From: Pecten maximus
Taxonomy: Eukaryota
Length of the DNA stretch: 64,000 bases
Direction: 5' to 3'
Assembly (NCBI RefSeq): GCF_902652985.1
Contig: NC_047023.1
Span: 21,390,001-21,454,000 of the forward strand
Under the pieces are notes generated by a model that worked only from the letters and a program-made list of their open reading frames with translations, was not told the DNA's origin and ran no database searches. The position numbers were made by a program, and so were the translations under genes. Positions 49,555-62,199 of the stretch are shown in pieces (the first letter of the stretch is position 1; every line of letters begins with the position of its first letter).

Positions 49555-50810
49555 TAAATAATAAACTATTAGGATAATCTCTCCTGTACTTAACTTGTAA
49601 ATAATAAACTATTAGGATAATCTGTCCTGTACTTACCTTAGCAGGTAAGCCATCAAAGTAATATTTCCTGTACTTACCTTAGCAGGTAAGCCATCAGAAT
49701 AATCTGTCCTGTACTTACCTGATCAGGTAAGCAATCAAAGCAATATTTCCTGTACTTACCTTAGCAGGTAAGCCATCAGAATAATCTGTCCTGTACTTAC
49801 CTGATCAGGTAAGCAATCAAAGCAATATTTCCTGCACTTACCTTAGCAGGTAAGCCATCAGAGTAATCTGTCCTGTACTTACCGGATCAGGTAAGCCATC
49901 AGAGTAATCTGTCCTGTACTTACCCGATCAGGTAAGCCATCAGAGTAATCTGTCCTGTACTTACCTTAGCAGGTAAGCCATCAGAGTAATCTGTCCTGTA
50001 CTTACCTTAGCAGGTAAGTCATCAGAGTAATCTGTCCTGTTCCTACCTGATCAGGTAAGCCATCAGAGTAATCTGTCCTGTACTTACCTTAGCAGGTAAG
50101 CCATCAGAGTAATCTGTCCTGTACTTACCTTAGCAAGTAAGTCATCAGAGTAATCTGTCCTGTTCCTACCTGATCAGGTAAGCCATCAGAGTAATCTGTC
50201 CTGCACTTACCCGATCAGGTAAGCCATCAGAGTAATCTGTCCTGTACTTACCTTAGCAGGTAAGCCATCAGAGTAATCTGTCCTGTACTTACCTTAGCAA
50301 GTAAGTCATCAGAGTAATCTGTCCTGTTCCTACCTGATCAGGTAAGCCATCAGAGTAATCTGTCCTGCACTTACCTGATCAGGTAAGCCATCAGAGTGAT
50401 CTGTCCTGTTCCTACCTGATCAGGTAAGTCATCAGAGTAATCTGTCCTGTTCCTACCTGATCAGGTAAGCCATCAGAGTAATCTGTCCTGTACTTACCTG
50501 ATCAGGTAAGCCAACAGAGTGATCTGTCCTGTTCCTACCTGATCAGGTAAGCCTCAGAGTAATCTGTACTATAATTTACCTGATCAGGTAAACCATCAAA
50601 GCTTACCTGATCAGGTAAGCCAACAGAGTGATCTGTCCTGTTCCTACCTGATCAGGTAAGCCATCAGAGTAATCTGTCCTATAATTTACCTGATCAGGTA
50701 AACCATCAGAGCTTAACTGAACAGGTAAGCCATCAGAGTAATCTGCCCTGTACTTACCTGATCAGGTAAACATCAGATTAATCCCTCCTATTCTTGCTCA
50801 GGAAAGCCAT
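49555..50810. repeat. 41-bp minisatellite (ATCTGTCCTGTACTTACCTTAGCAGGTAAGCCATCAGAGTA)n with palindromic splice-site core, ~29 copies
   Basis: Period 41 (49866, 49907); perfect palindromes CTTACCTGATCAGGTAAG at 49714-49731 and GCTTACCTGATCAGGTAAGC at 50601-50620. Confidence 0.96.
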
Positions 50811-51264
50811 CTGAGCTGATTTATTTTGTGTCGGATATGATATCCGTATGAGAAAGTTGACACTATGTATTGTGTCACATACATTTAATGGAGCTTGGGA
50901 GGCTCCAAATACTCCCATAATATCAGTTATATGTGTCAGTTATAATAGAAATTGTGATATTAAGTAAAAATGGATGTTTATTGGTGAAAACCTAAATGAG
51001 AGTCTGTATACACCGTACAGTACTCCAGATGTAATCCTATGAAGGATTGTACAGAAGATATACCTGGTATTAGCACCTTTCTAAACAAATTGATGGATAC
51101 AGCGGTCATTACAGCCTTCATCACCACGAGTGAGGTAACAAGATACACCACAAGCTTTTCTACGTTTGCATGGTGACCATTATTGTGAAACCTGCATGAT
51201 GTGACGCAGTGTATTCCAAAATCCTGCTGAATATTAATTATTATTTCTAATTGAAAATATGTCT

Positions 51265-51728
51265 AAGTAAAAGCTGTATATACCAGCATCTTGTCTAATT
51301 GACCAATATGTCGGTCCCAGTCTGTCAGATTACACAGGTATATCTAACCTGTATGTTGTGTCCCTTGTGTGTCAGATATGATAAGTCTGTTCTCTATGTG
51401 TCAGATTAGACAGGTTTATCTAACCTGTATATTGTGTCCCTTGTGTGTCAGATATGATAAGCTTGTTTCCAATGTGTCAGATTAGACAGGTTTAAGTAAC
51501 CTGTATATTGTGTCCCTTGTGTGTCAGATAAGATAAGTCTGTTCTCTATGTGTCAGATTAGACAGGTTTATCCAACCTGTATATTGTGTCCCTTGTGTGT
51601 CAGATATGATAAGCTTGTTTCCAATGTGTCAGATTAGACAGGTTTATCTAACCTGTATATTGTGTCCCTTGTGTGTCATATTATATAAGTCTGTTCTCTA
51701 TATGTCAGATTAGACAGGTTTTACAGTA
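51265..51728. mobile_element. 76-bp tandem array (~5 copies, alternating A/B variants) built from the right terminus of a Tc1/mariner-type MITE
   Basis: TGTCAGATTAG at 51399, 51475, 51551; array ends TGTCAGATTAGACAGGTTTTACAGTA; degraded left arm TAAAAGCTGTAT..TGTCTAAT near 51268-51300. The array is certain; the MITE origin is inferred. Confidence 0.6.
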
Positions 51729-52307
51729 TTGTATTTTATGTTTCAATTTGGCAAATATTTTACACTGAAAATAAAATGTTGATCTAATGGAACAAGATCT
51801 GTTTTTTGTGAAATGCATATATATAACAGAGAGAGAAATGATTGCAAACTTCTAGGATAATTACAATTAGATTGCAATGTTAAGTTTTTCCAAACAGTTT
51901 TATACTTAAACATTAAAAATACTTCAGTGGGCCTGTTGTACAGGTTGTCGTTAATTAGACGGGAGGCTTACTGTCAGATGTGCTAGCAGGTATTGACCCA
52001 AGGTTGGTGTGGAACAGAGGTGTGGGTCTCATCTATTATTGATACTGCTGTAGTGATCTCCTGTAATGGACCTCATATCAGCCTCGCATGTACACTGATA
52101 TATGTATCAGACTCCAGCATCCTTTCTCCTTCTCTCTATCTTCAGCTTCCAGTTTTCCAATAGCTGTCCATTCCTCCAATACCTCAGATGTCTTGTTTGT
52201 CTCTTTTGTTTGTCCATTCTTCTGTTATTACTGTCTCTCCATATCCTCCATCACCGAACTGATAAGCATCTTGTAGTGTACTGACAAGGACACATCAAGT
52301 TCATTTA

Positions 52308-52656
52308 CATTGTGACCTTGACCCACTTTCATGGTCATAGGGATGAAATGTGTTGAACATTTTAAACAACCAAAGCTGGGCCCAGGGCTTTGAGATTTGG
52401 CCAACTACTGGAATGGAAGGCTTTAATTATCATTTGCTTCTAAACTTTTTTTTTCATTATTGCATTAAACAAATTAATTAAATTCAATAAGATTCATAGA
52501 TAGGTATACAGTACAAATGTACACTTATTCATATATGAAAGGATTTACATAATGTGTAGAGTAAATGATTTTACAGATTTTAATGATTTTAAAGCTACTC
52601 AAATTGATTCACAGTACATTATAGTGAGATGAATAATTGGTGAGGGGTACAGGCCC
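52308..52656 (+). mobile_element. 5'-truncated, diverged HINE
   Basis: TGACCTTGACC..TCATGGTCATAGGG monomer part; 3' GGTGAGGGGTACAGGCCCATTCGGCCACTTGGTT. Confidence 0.55.
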
Positions 52657-53534
52657 ATTCGGCCACTTGGTTGTTTTTTTCTTTTTACAAGGAACTCGGT
52701 CTTTATTTTTAATAACAAATTAATGATCACCATTTGGAATATATTATACACTGATTACGTTGAAGTTTAAGCAGATTTGCACTGTGTTACAATACATTAG
52801 CCTCAAGTAATTAACCAACCAGTTCGCTGTACTTCTATATAATACATCTGATCCATGTTTACTTTATAAAGGCCTTTTCTATGCAGCATGTGGTAATTAT
52901 ATTAAGAGCATGAAAGATATTTAAGTAGGAATTTATTTTTTTTATAGGTTGAAGGTTCTTTTCTATAAAGTTGATGTCAATGTCATAATTGTTATGTATA
53001 TGCATAAGAATATCATTTTCAGATGTAAACATTTCTATATACTGAATTTCAAATCAAGCATTTAAAATTTGTTTGATTGATGCTATAAATTTAATATGAA
53101 TTTAATGGGACATTACAATGTCAATAAGGCAGTGTAAAGGTCGGTATATTGAATTAAAGATATATTTCTTATCTTTATGTATCGGCAGTGATTATGTGTA
53201 CAACAGTCACATAGATATAATAATGAGAGAATTAAAACAGGTTTATCATCACCGTTAGGTTTTCCACACAGATTTATTGGGCATACCTTAGTTTGATCAC
53301 ATCCATTGTACAGGCCACACAGCTGATTCGTGAATCCACAGTATTTACACTGCAAAGTCTAATACTTGATATTACATGGATTGAAACTTGTATATAATGT
53401 TGAGGTTTTCTGGAACAGACTATAAGTAATGTGTGAGAGCAGTGTGTAGGTAAGCCGGAGTGTGTATGCAATTAGAGTCATTAATAATACAGCACTGTTG
53501 ATTAGGTATGGGCTCTCTGACCTTGTTTTTCCTT

Positions 53535-53746
53535 TGACGTCATAGATCGGCACATGAGCTAGCAGCCTGGTAGATAGCAGGCTGGTATACACACAAGGTA
53601 CATACGTAGGTATAGTGTTGTAGTCAGCCTACTAAGACACACAGACCTGTGTATACCGTGCTCATCAGTCCTCAGTCTCTCTTACATGGAATCTAACACA
53701 TACTGACCACCGTCTGATATAAACTGGAGTCTACGGCAAGGTACGT
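53535..53746 (+). promoter_or_regulatory. Candidate promoter/first-exon region: CRE palindrome TGACGTCA followed by a donor-like AAG|GTACGT
   Basis: TGACGTCA at 53535-53542; unique, less AT-rich sequence; donor at 53740/53741; motif evidence only. Confidence 0.2.
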
Positions 53747-54558
53747 ACCATTTTTCCCACACACTTTTCCATTGCCGACAAATATATATCAAATTTTCAT
53801 TCATGATAAGGTTAATATTTGTCTGTATGGTGTTCCAGTAGGTTAATGTAGGTACCACCTGACCAGGCCTATAGGTGCTATTTCAAATTGATTTCTATAT
53901 TCTTTCCTTCACCAGTATGTTAGCTGTCTGTGTGGATGACATAACCCTTTGGCCTGGCAAACCAGGCTTCTGTGATAAATTAGCATTGTTTTACTCAGCA
54001 ACCCTGCTATAGATTTTACCAGAGCTTTGATTTGTTAGTGTAAGTAGTGTAATTTTGCTCACCTCATTGGAGCAGGGGTATGTTGTGTTTACATAAGACT
54101 AAAGCCATCAACCTAGGCTTTATTTAAGGCCAGGCGAAACACTCATCCATAGACGACAATTCTGGTGTAAAAACTGTGTACACATTATGTATATATTGTG
54201 TGTATACCTAACCCAGCGTCAACACATGTAATAGTCAGTGGTACTACACCGAGAACAGTGCTTTACTAGTCTGGGTATATGCTAACCAGGGTAGGCATTA
54301 TATAATGTATACCGACTTAACAGCATCCGTCACCTGCAAAATGTACAGCAGGAATGTCAGTGGAATGCCAAGCGGATTAGCATCTTATTTCATACTAGGA
54401 AGCGTATTATGTAATGAACAGAGAAGTGTGTCTTATGTCACACCGGGTGTTAAGTAGCAAAAATATCATGTCATCCGTGGAGAAGCTGGTCAGCACATAG
54501 CTAGTTTGTCACATGGGGAATATAAAAATAAATGTCTTTGTGGGTAGCAGTTTATCTA

Positions 54559-54989
54559 TCTGTGGGAAGTTGTTATGTCCCTGTGGGAAGTTGTTATGTC
54601 TCTGTGGGAAGTTGTTATGTCTCTGTGGGAAGTTGTTATGTCTCTGTGGGAATCATGTTATGTCTCTGTACGAATCATGTTATGTCTCTGTGGGAAGTTG
54701 TTATGTCTCTGTGGGAAGTTGTTATGTCTCTGTACGAATCATGTTATGTCTCTGTGGGAAGTTGTTATGTCTCTGTGGGAAGTTGTTATGTCTCTGTGGG
54801 AAGTTGTTATGTCTCTGTACGAATCATGTTATGTCTCTGTGGGAAGTTGTTATGTCTCTGTGGGAAGTTGTTATGTCTCTGTGGGAAGTTGTTATGTCTC
54901 TGTGGGAAGTTGTTATGTCTCTGTACGAATCATGTTATGTCCCGGTGGGAAGCTTTTTGTCTCTGTGGGAAGCTTGTTGTCTCTGTGGG
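54559..54989. repeat. 21-bp minisatellite (TGTGGGAAGTTGTTATGTCTC)n with interspersed 22-bp variant TGTACGAATCATGTTATGTCTC, ~20 copies
   Basis: 7-aa periodic ORFs with frame switches at the variant. Confidence 0.95.
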
Positions 54990-55002
54990 TAGTAGATCTC
55001 TG

Positions 55003-55640
55003 TAGAGTCTGTCACATTATCAGTGACACATAGTGTAAGCCACAATATCAGTGACACATAGAGTCAGTCACAGTATCAGTGACACATAGAGTCAGTCCCA
55101 GTATCAGTCACATTATCAGTGACAAATTGTGTCTGTCACAGTATCAGTGACACATAGAATCTGTCACAGTATCAGTGACACATGGAGTCAGTCACAATAT
55201 CAGTGACACATGGAGTCAGTCACAGTATCAGTGACACATAGAGTCAGTCACAGTATCAGTGACACATAGAGTCAGTCACAGTATCAGTGACACATTGTGT
55301 AAGTCACAGTATCAGTGGCACATAGAGTCACCATAGAGTCAGTCACAGTATCAGTGACATATAGAGTCAGTCACATTATCAGTGACACATAGAGTCAGTC
55401 ACAGTATCAGTGACATATAGAGTCAGTCACAGTATCAGTGACACATAGAGTCAGTCACAGTATCAGTGACACATAGAGTCAGTCACAGTATCAGTGACAC
55501 ATAGAGTAAGTCACAGTATCAGTGACATATAGAGTCAGTCACATTATCAGTGACACATAGAGTCAGTCACAGTATCAGTGACACATAGAGTCAGTCACAG
55601 TATCAGTGACACATAATGTCACATCAGTGACACATTGTGT
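55003..55640. repeat. 28-bp minisatellite (AGTCAGTCACAGTATCAGTGACACATAG)n, ~22 copies
   Basis: Period 28 (55441, 55469); internal GTCAC..GTGAC inverted repeat. Confidence 0.95.
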
Positions 55641-56489
55641 CATAGACTTACATCGACACATTGTTGACGGTTACACTGTCAGTCAAAGTGACAAATGGTG
55701 CCCAACAGTTATACACACAATGATTGACATTGATCCCATCTTTCTGTAATAATAAGGAAGTTACCATCATCAGCCAGTACCCAGTAATTTACCAGGCTGA
55801 AATATGGTACAGGTGTAATGACTGTAGATAGCTTTATTATACAGGGATACAGGTAGAGTCTTGTATGAAGATAATTATAGATGTATGTACAACAGTGATA
55901 TACATGTATTAAATGATATAAGGTCGGTGGGGGGAGGGGATTAATTTTTATCTGAAAGACAAGATTTTAAAGCAATCTGAAGGATCCATTTAAGCTTTTG
56001 TGGTGTATTGTAGTGTGACATTGGACAAACAATGGTTATAATAAATGTTAAACGTGTCAAAAGCCAGATTTTTACTGTTATGTTAATTTGTAGCGACCTG
56101 TAAAAATTATTTCTAACCAGCCTGATTGACGGAAGTCATTTATACAAGTCACTGCAAACTGATGAAATTCACCTTGAGCCAAGTATGATTGACAGCTACT
56201 TATTCAACTGTTGGCCCCAACCCTGACTGTGGCATTTCACTTACGTCCATGAATATTAGGCAATATGACAGATTAAATTTTTTTTTTTTTTTACAAAACT
56301 GTAAGTTTTCATTGAATACCTGTTTAACTTTCTATTGTTATGATATATTTTGTTCTTTTTCCTTAATGATAGTTTGTGATCAATAAGACTAATATATGAA
56401 GCTAATGCTAATTTTATGCATTCTTAATCAAATGGATCCTGTACACAGATATCAGACCACAAAAGATGCTTTTGTGTCTTCATGCATTA

Positions 56490-56720
56490 TTTGGTGTGGC
56501 CTTACAGAAGATGTTGATGTGTCATACATTTATTGGTGTGGCCTTACAGAAGATGTTGGTGTGCCACAATTATTAGTGTGGCCTCACAGAAGATGTTGGT
56601 GTGTCACATTTATTGGTGTGGCCTTACAGAAGATGTTGATGTGCCACATCTATTGATGTGGCCTCACAGAAGATGTTGGTGTGTTATAAATTCATTTGAT
56701 GTGGCCTTTCAGAAGCTATT
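56490..56720. repeat. ~41-bp tandem repeat (GGTGTGGCCTTACAGAAGATGTTG...), ~6 copies
   Basis: Direct reading. Confidence 0.9.
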
Positions 56721-56727
56721 GGACTTC

Positions 56728-57176
56728 ACCCCAGTCAACCCTTGTAACCTCTTGCCACACTCCTGTCAACCCATGTGAACCAATTGTCAACCTCTGTCAA
56801 CGCTATCATCCCACTTACAACCCCTGTCAAACCCTATCATCCCACTCACAACCCCTGTCAACCCCTGTTAAACCCCAATCATCCCACTCTCAACCCCTGT
56901 CAACCCCTGTCAACGCCTGCAACCTAATGTCTACCCATTGATAACCTCTTTTAATTGTCAACCCCTTGTCCACCCTCAGTCAACCAAATGTCGACCCCTG
57001 TAAACCTCAACCAGTTGTCAAAGATGTCAACACCTTGTCCACCTTCTGTCAACCCCATCAACCCCTGTTGACCCATTGTCCACCCCTTTTTAACCCCCTA
57101 TCAATCCCCTGTCAACCCCTGTCAACCCCCTGTCAACCTCCTCTCAACCCCTGTTGACCCCTGTTGACCCCTCGTC
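56728..57176. repeat. Degenerate C-rich (TGTCAACCCC)n-type repeat
   Basis: Recurring GTCAACCCC motif, 10-11 bp period. Confidence 0.8.
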
Positions 57177-57598
57177 AAATTCTGTTGTCAAATTTGTGCT
57201 TTCAATTCTTAGATCATTCAATTGAGCATGGCCCTTTGAATATCTGTAAATCCCTGCCTAGACTAATTCTGGTATAACCAACCTTTTAAATCCCAAAGTC
57301 TCCAATTAAATACCGCTTGTCAATACCCAGAATTCATTGCCTTGTCTCCTGTCCTACCGACTTGTTATATAAACCTACACTATGTACCGAAGAACAAGAA
57401 GCTGTTGTTACGTATGTTTTTACTAGTTGTGGTGCATTCTCAAGTTTTAATTTGTATAGCAAATCTTTGTTTAACTGATAAAAGTTCCATTTTCCAGCCA
57501 ACCAAGAAAATGCCTCGCAGATGTTTTATCTTATAACATAGCCGATCCATGGCAGTGTTGGGAACAGTCTAACTATTGTCTTGAATATTAATGTTATG

Positions 57599-59108
57599 GA
57601 AACCTAGAGAACTGCTGACTAATGAGGCTGTTAGGACAGGGAGATAGTTCTCTAACACACAGGGAAACCCTGGGGAACTGCTGACTAATGAGGCTGTTAA
57701 GACAGGGAGATAGTTCTCTAACACACAGGGAAACCTAGGAAACTGCTGACTAATGAGGCTGTTAGGACAGGGAGATAGTTCTCTAACACACAGGGAAACC
57801 TAGGAAACTGCTGACTAATGAGGCTGTTAGGACAGGGAGATAGTTCTCTAACACAAAGGGAAACCTAGGAAACTGCTGACTAATGAGGCTGTTAGGACAG
57901 GGAGATAGGTCTCTAACAACAGGGAAACCCTGGGGAACTGCTGACTAATGAGGCTGTTAGGACAGGGAGATAGTTCTCTAACACACAGGGAAACCTAGAG
58001 AACTGCTGACTAATGAGGCTGTTAGGACAGGGAGATAGTTCTCTAACACACAGGGAAACCCTGGGGAACTGCTGACTAATGAGGCTGTTAGGACAGGGAG
58101 ATAGTTCTCTAACACACAGGGAGAACCTAGAGAACTGCTGACTAATGAGGCTGTTAGGACAGGGAGATAGTTCTCTAACACACAGGGAAACCTAGAGAAC
58201 TGCTGACTAATGAGGCTGTTAGGACAGGGAGATAGTTCTCTAACACACAGGGAAACCTAGAGATCGACTGACTAATGAGGCTGTTAGGACAGGGAGATAG
58301 TTCTCTAACACACAGGGAAACCCTGGAGAACTGCTGACTAATGAGGCTGTTAGGACAGGGAGATAGTTCTCTAACACACAGGGAAACCCTATGGAACTGC
58401 TGACTAATGAGGCTGTTAGGACAGGGAGATAGGTCTCTAACACACAGGGAAACCTAGGAAACTGCTGACTAATGAGGCTGTTAGGACAGGGAGATAGTTC
58501 TCTAACACACAGGGAAACCCTGGGGAACTGCTGACTAATGAGGCTGTTAGGACAGGGAGATAGTTCTCTAACACACAGGGAAACCCTGGGGAACTGCTGA
58601 CTAATGAGGCTGTTAGGACAGGGAGATAGTTCTCTAACACACAGGGAAACCCTGGGGAACCGCTGACTAATGAGGCTGTTAGGACAGGGAGATAGTTCTC
58701 TAACACACATGGAAACCCTGGGGAACTGCTGACTAATGAGGCTGTTAGGACAGGGAGATAGTTCTCTAACACACAGGGAAACCCTGGGGAACTGCTGACT
58801 AATGAGGCTGTTAGGACAGGGAGATAGTTCTCTAACACACAGGGAAACCCTGGGGAACTGCTGACTAATGAGGCTGTTAGGACAGGGAGATAGTTCTCTA
58901 ACACACAGGGAAACCCTGGGGAACTGCTGACTAATGAGGCTGTTAGGACAGGGAGATAGGTCTCTAACACACAGGGAAACCCTGGGGAACTGCTGACTAA
59001 TGAGGCTGTTAGGACAGGGAGATAGTTCTCTAACACACATGGAGAACCTAGAGAACTGCTGACTAATGAGGCTGTTAGGACAGGGAGATAGTTCTCTAAT
59101 ACACAGGG
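57599..59108. repeat. 65/66-bp minisatellite, ~23 copies
   Basis: GAACTGCTGACTAATGAGGCTGTTAGGACAGGGAGATAGTTCTCTAACACACAGG; 22-aa periodic ORFs. Confidence 0.97.
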
Positions 59109-59871
59109 CTGAGAAATCGAGAGATCCAGGAAAATGCATCATTTACATCTAAATTCATTGTTAATCAAACCATTTATTATAAAACTGTTTTACAATACTT
59201 CTTCTCATGTGAAAAGAAGCCACACAACAGTTGAACATAACAATTTATGTATTCTTGACCAGTTTCATTATACTAAGTCATAACCAATCAGAGGGGGCTT
59301 GTAATATTCTCTAGAAATGTCAACCCTTTGTTTGGTTAATGACTTGGTCAGTCCATGCAATGAAATAAGATTTTTTCCTGTTATGTCACCTGTCATATCA
59401 CATGGTGATGCCTTCCTCAGTAAAATCTATAACCAAGATTATTATATTGATGATGATTTTTCTGTAAACCTAGACCCGTGTTTGTTTGTGTCCTAATGAT
59501 GACATGCTTGTACTGTGTCAAAACTTGTCAACGTATACTTGATTAAAGTTGTTCAACCCAGCATGCTATTGTCATGGTTATCTTCACATTTTGATGAAAA
59601 GTTTTAATGTAAAACATCATAGCGTTAACAAGGTATTAAGGAGAGCATTTTAAACATCTGCTTGTGATATTATAGACAGACTTAAAACACTGTTTCTATC
59701 AGATAATTGAGTCGGAATGTCCTGGTACATTATAAATGAAAAGTCTTATACAATTCAATTCAACTTTATTAAAACATTTATAATTACAGTAGCAATTTGA
59801 TGGCTATAATCTCCTCCAAACTGAAGTAAATAAACCGATAAAGATGGAATATACATGTATACATGTATCTA

Positions 59872-59945
59872 TACTGTCAAATTTCGTTATCTCGGAGTCA
59901 GGTAGGCCATGAAAAAATTACCGATATCTCAAGTATTCAGGTTAA
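59872..59945 (+). mobile_element. Left-end relic of a Tc1/mariner (pogo-like) MITE
   Basis: TA followed by CTGTCAAATTTCGTTATCTCG, resembling CAGTCAAACxTCGxTATCTCG-type TIRs; no partner end found. Confidence 0.3.
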
Positions 59946-60315
59946 GTATATTTTATATTTTATGGTACATTTACAGACAACAGTTAAACACTGTCGCATG
60001 ATAATCATTAGTTAGATCCCAGATGTTTCACAGTTTCAATATCTACAACTTGTCCTTGTCTGGGGTGTGATGGACTGGTGTGAAATACAGACCACAGAAC
60101 CAGCTTTCAGCATTGATCCTGTATTGTAGATGGCTGTTAATCCTGTAGGTCCACAATACCATATATATCAGAGATGTTAGACATTGTATACATGGTTCAC
60201 ATATGACAAATTTCTTATTGTAGCTGTACAATTGGTGAAAATTAGATTAATGAGTTGAAGATGGTGTATGTTCTTGTTAATTAAATTTTTTTTTCTTATC
60301 TAATTTTATTATTCA

Positions 60316-60624
60316 TTAGCTCACCTTAGGTGATATTGGGCCAGTAGCTTGCTGGGATGAAGGGCTACCTTCAAATGACTGACCTTGGCCTACTTTAAAG
60401 GTCACAGTGGTCAAATGTGTTAAACAATCTTTAATTCACCTATCATATTGGGCCAGTTGTATGCTAGGATGAAGGACTATAAAATTTGTTGAAATGAAAA
60501 CTCTACTCTTTTATTTGAATAAAGCAGTAATCAGCTATAATTAGCATGCACAAAAATGACAAAGATCAATTTTGAAGTTGCATTAGAAGCAGATTGGTGA
60601 TACAGGTCTACTGGACCTCTTGTT
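60316..60624 (+). mobile_element. Internally deleted HINE, same family as 35801 and 37207
   Basis: 5' TTAGCTCACCT; monomer GATGAAGGGCTAC..TGACCTTG; 3' ~120 nt colinear with 37380-37499, ending TGATACAGGTCTACTGGACCTCTTGTT. Confidence 0.75.
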
Positions 60625-62199
60625 AAAATTCATCAACTTGATCATTTACTTTATGGTATTCTGTATCATTACTAATGAAACCATGGAAACACCATGGAAA
60701 AAAAGAATGAATGAAATAAAAAAAAAATAAAAATTAGAAATTAGTTGAATTTGTTGATAAAGATGAAAGTGAAAAAAATTGACCAATAATAATTCAGTTT
60801 CGCTAGGCTACACTACAATAATCTAACCAACCAGATCCTTATATGTAAATTCACTCACTGCATAAATTGGTGTAGTAAGTCAATGTTGTAATCCATGAAC
60901 TTTAACATTCTCAGATAAATTTTTCCTTTACACCAATTCCTCAGTGTTTTACTGACATGGAGATCAATTTTAACTCACCCAATGGTTTAATACAGAATCG
61001 TATTGGCTAAATCTGCCAGTGTCAGGTAACGGAAGACAACCAGTGTTTTAGTTACACACGTTTCAGATTTATTAGGGTTGTAGTTGCTGGTGTAATGGTC
61101 CACGGCCAAAGTGCCTATAGAGTTTATGAGCCATTAGGCTTAAGGATACTTACTTCTTCTTTTTTTTTTTTTTTTTAACTTCCATCATTTCTCAAGGAAC
61201 ACTATAATATTGTGTGCCTTTTGTTCTACAGGACGACTTGATTTGTTATGGTACATATATGAGTTATCTCCCCTTGTGGTTTATCGTCAAGGTGACAATG
61301 TCCTGTGACCCAATGTCATGGTGATATATATATTGGTATGTCTGAAATGTTAGCATGTTCCACTCCACTGAGTCCGATCCTTGTGAAAGTAAGAGATAGT
61401 AAAATCTGTGTACCTTACAGTAGCCATTTAACTCACACACAAGCTCCTTCAAAACGTGATCAGATTACACAAAATTATGTGTTAAAGGGGTGATCTATAA
61501 TCAATTTAAAATGTCATTCTGAAATGACTACCATATTTCCAAAACCTAAGAAATACCATTACAGTAAGTAGCTAACAGAGCCGTGTAGTAAAAAATTCTC
61601 ATAAATCTCCATTTAAATATGTGTTGTTGTTATGAAGCGTTTTATTTGTGATTGTGAAGTGAGTGAGACTAGTGTCGTCCTAATTACAGGAGATACTAGA
61701 CAACACAATGTGTACCAGTATGGGCCTGGGTCTGGTTGTCGTGTATCGGATGGAAACCTCGGGTGAATAACCTAGGCGTGCCGTTCTGATGGGCAGTATA
61801 TGGCTGATAATCAAGGGGTGGTCGAGAATGGTACTGTGTTACACACTGCCGGTCACACGCCTTTTGCAATGGTTGTATTGCATGGGATGTTTGTTTTCTC
61901 CCAATTTGTCAGGGTCACCTGAGCCCCTTCTTCAATCTTTCTGCTGAACAAGTTTTATCTCTAAAAAGTTAGTAACTCATTAATTAAAAACCATTTTTCA
62001 TTAAAAATTTGAATTCCAATAATCAGTCAGTACAGTATATGCATGTGTTTTTCTACAGCAGTGATAGTTAGGAGGTCAAATGATCAAGGTCATCACTGTA
62101 TTTGCAATCGATTTAAAATTGCCTGGCTATAGAAATGATTCAACTGCATGCTGTATGGTCATTGATCCATTAGACTAGCCCTATTGAGTAGTACTATTG

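Noticed and set aside
49712-49731. U1 snRNA gene or pseudogene
   Set aside because: The match is limited to the 10-nt 5' end; no stem-loops or Sm site follow
52090-52280. Minus-strand coding exon or RTE-LINE tail (..VLEEWTAIGKLEAEDREK..)
   Set aside because: In-frame stops and only a vague resemblance to RTE C-termini; cannot be supported without a profile search
53655-53675. Hammerhead ribozyme core (CTGATGAG on the minus strand)
   Set aside because: No correctly placed stem II and GAAA; other CTGATGA hits checked also lack them
56490-56720. CRISPR-like pattern (conserved ~24 nt plus variable ~17 nt)
   Set aside because: The variable parts are diverged versions of each other, not unique spacers; no cas genes; eukaryotic context. 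The same applies to all other arrays
61232-61250. 19-nt micro-exon (TTCTACAG|...ATG|GTACAT)
   Set aside because: Good acceptor but weak donor; no independent support
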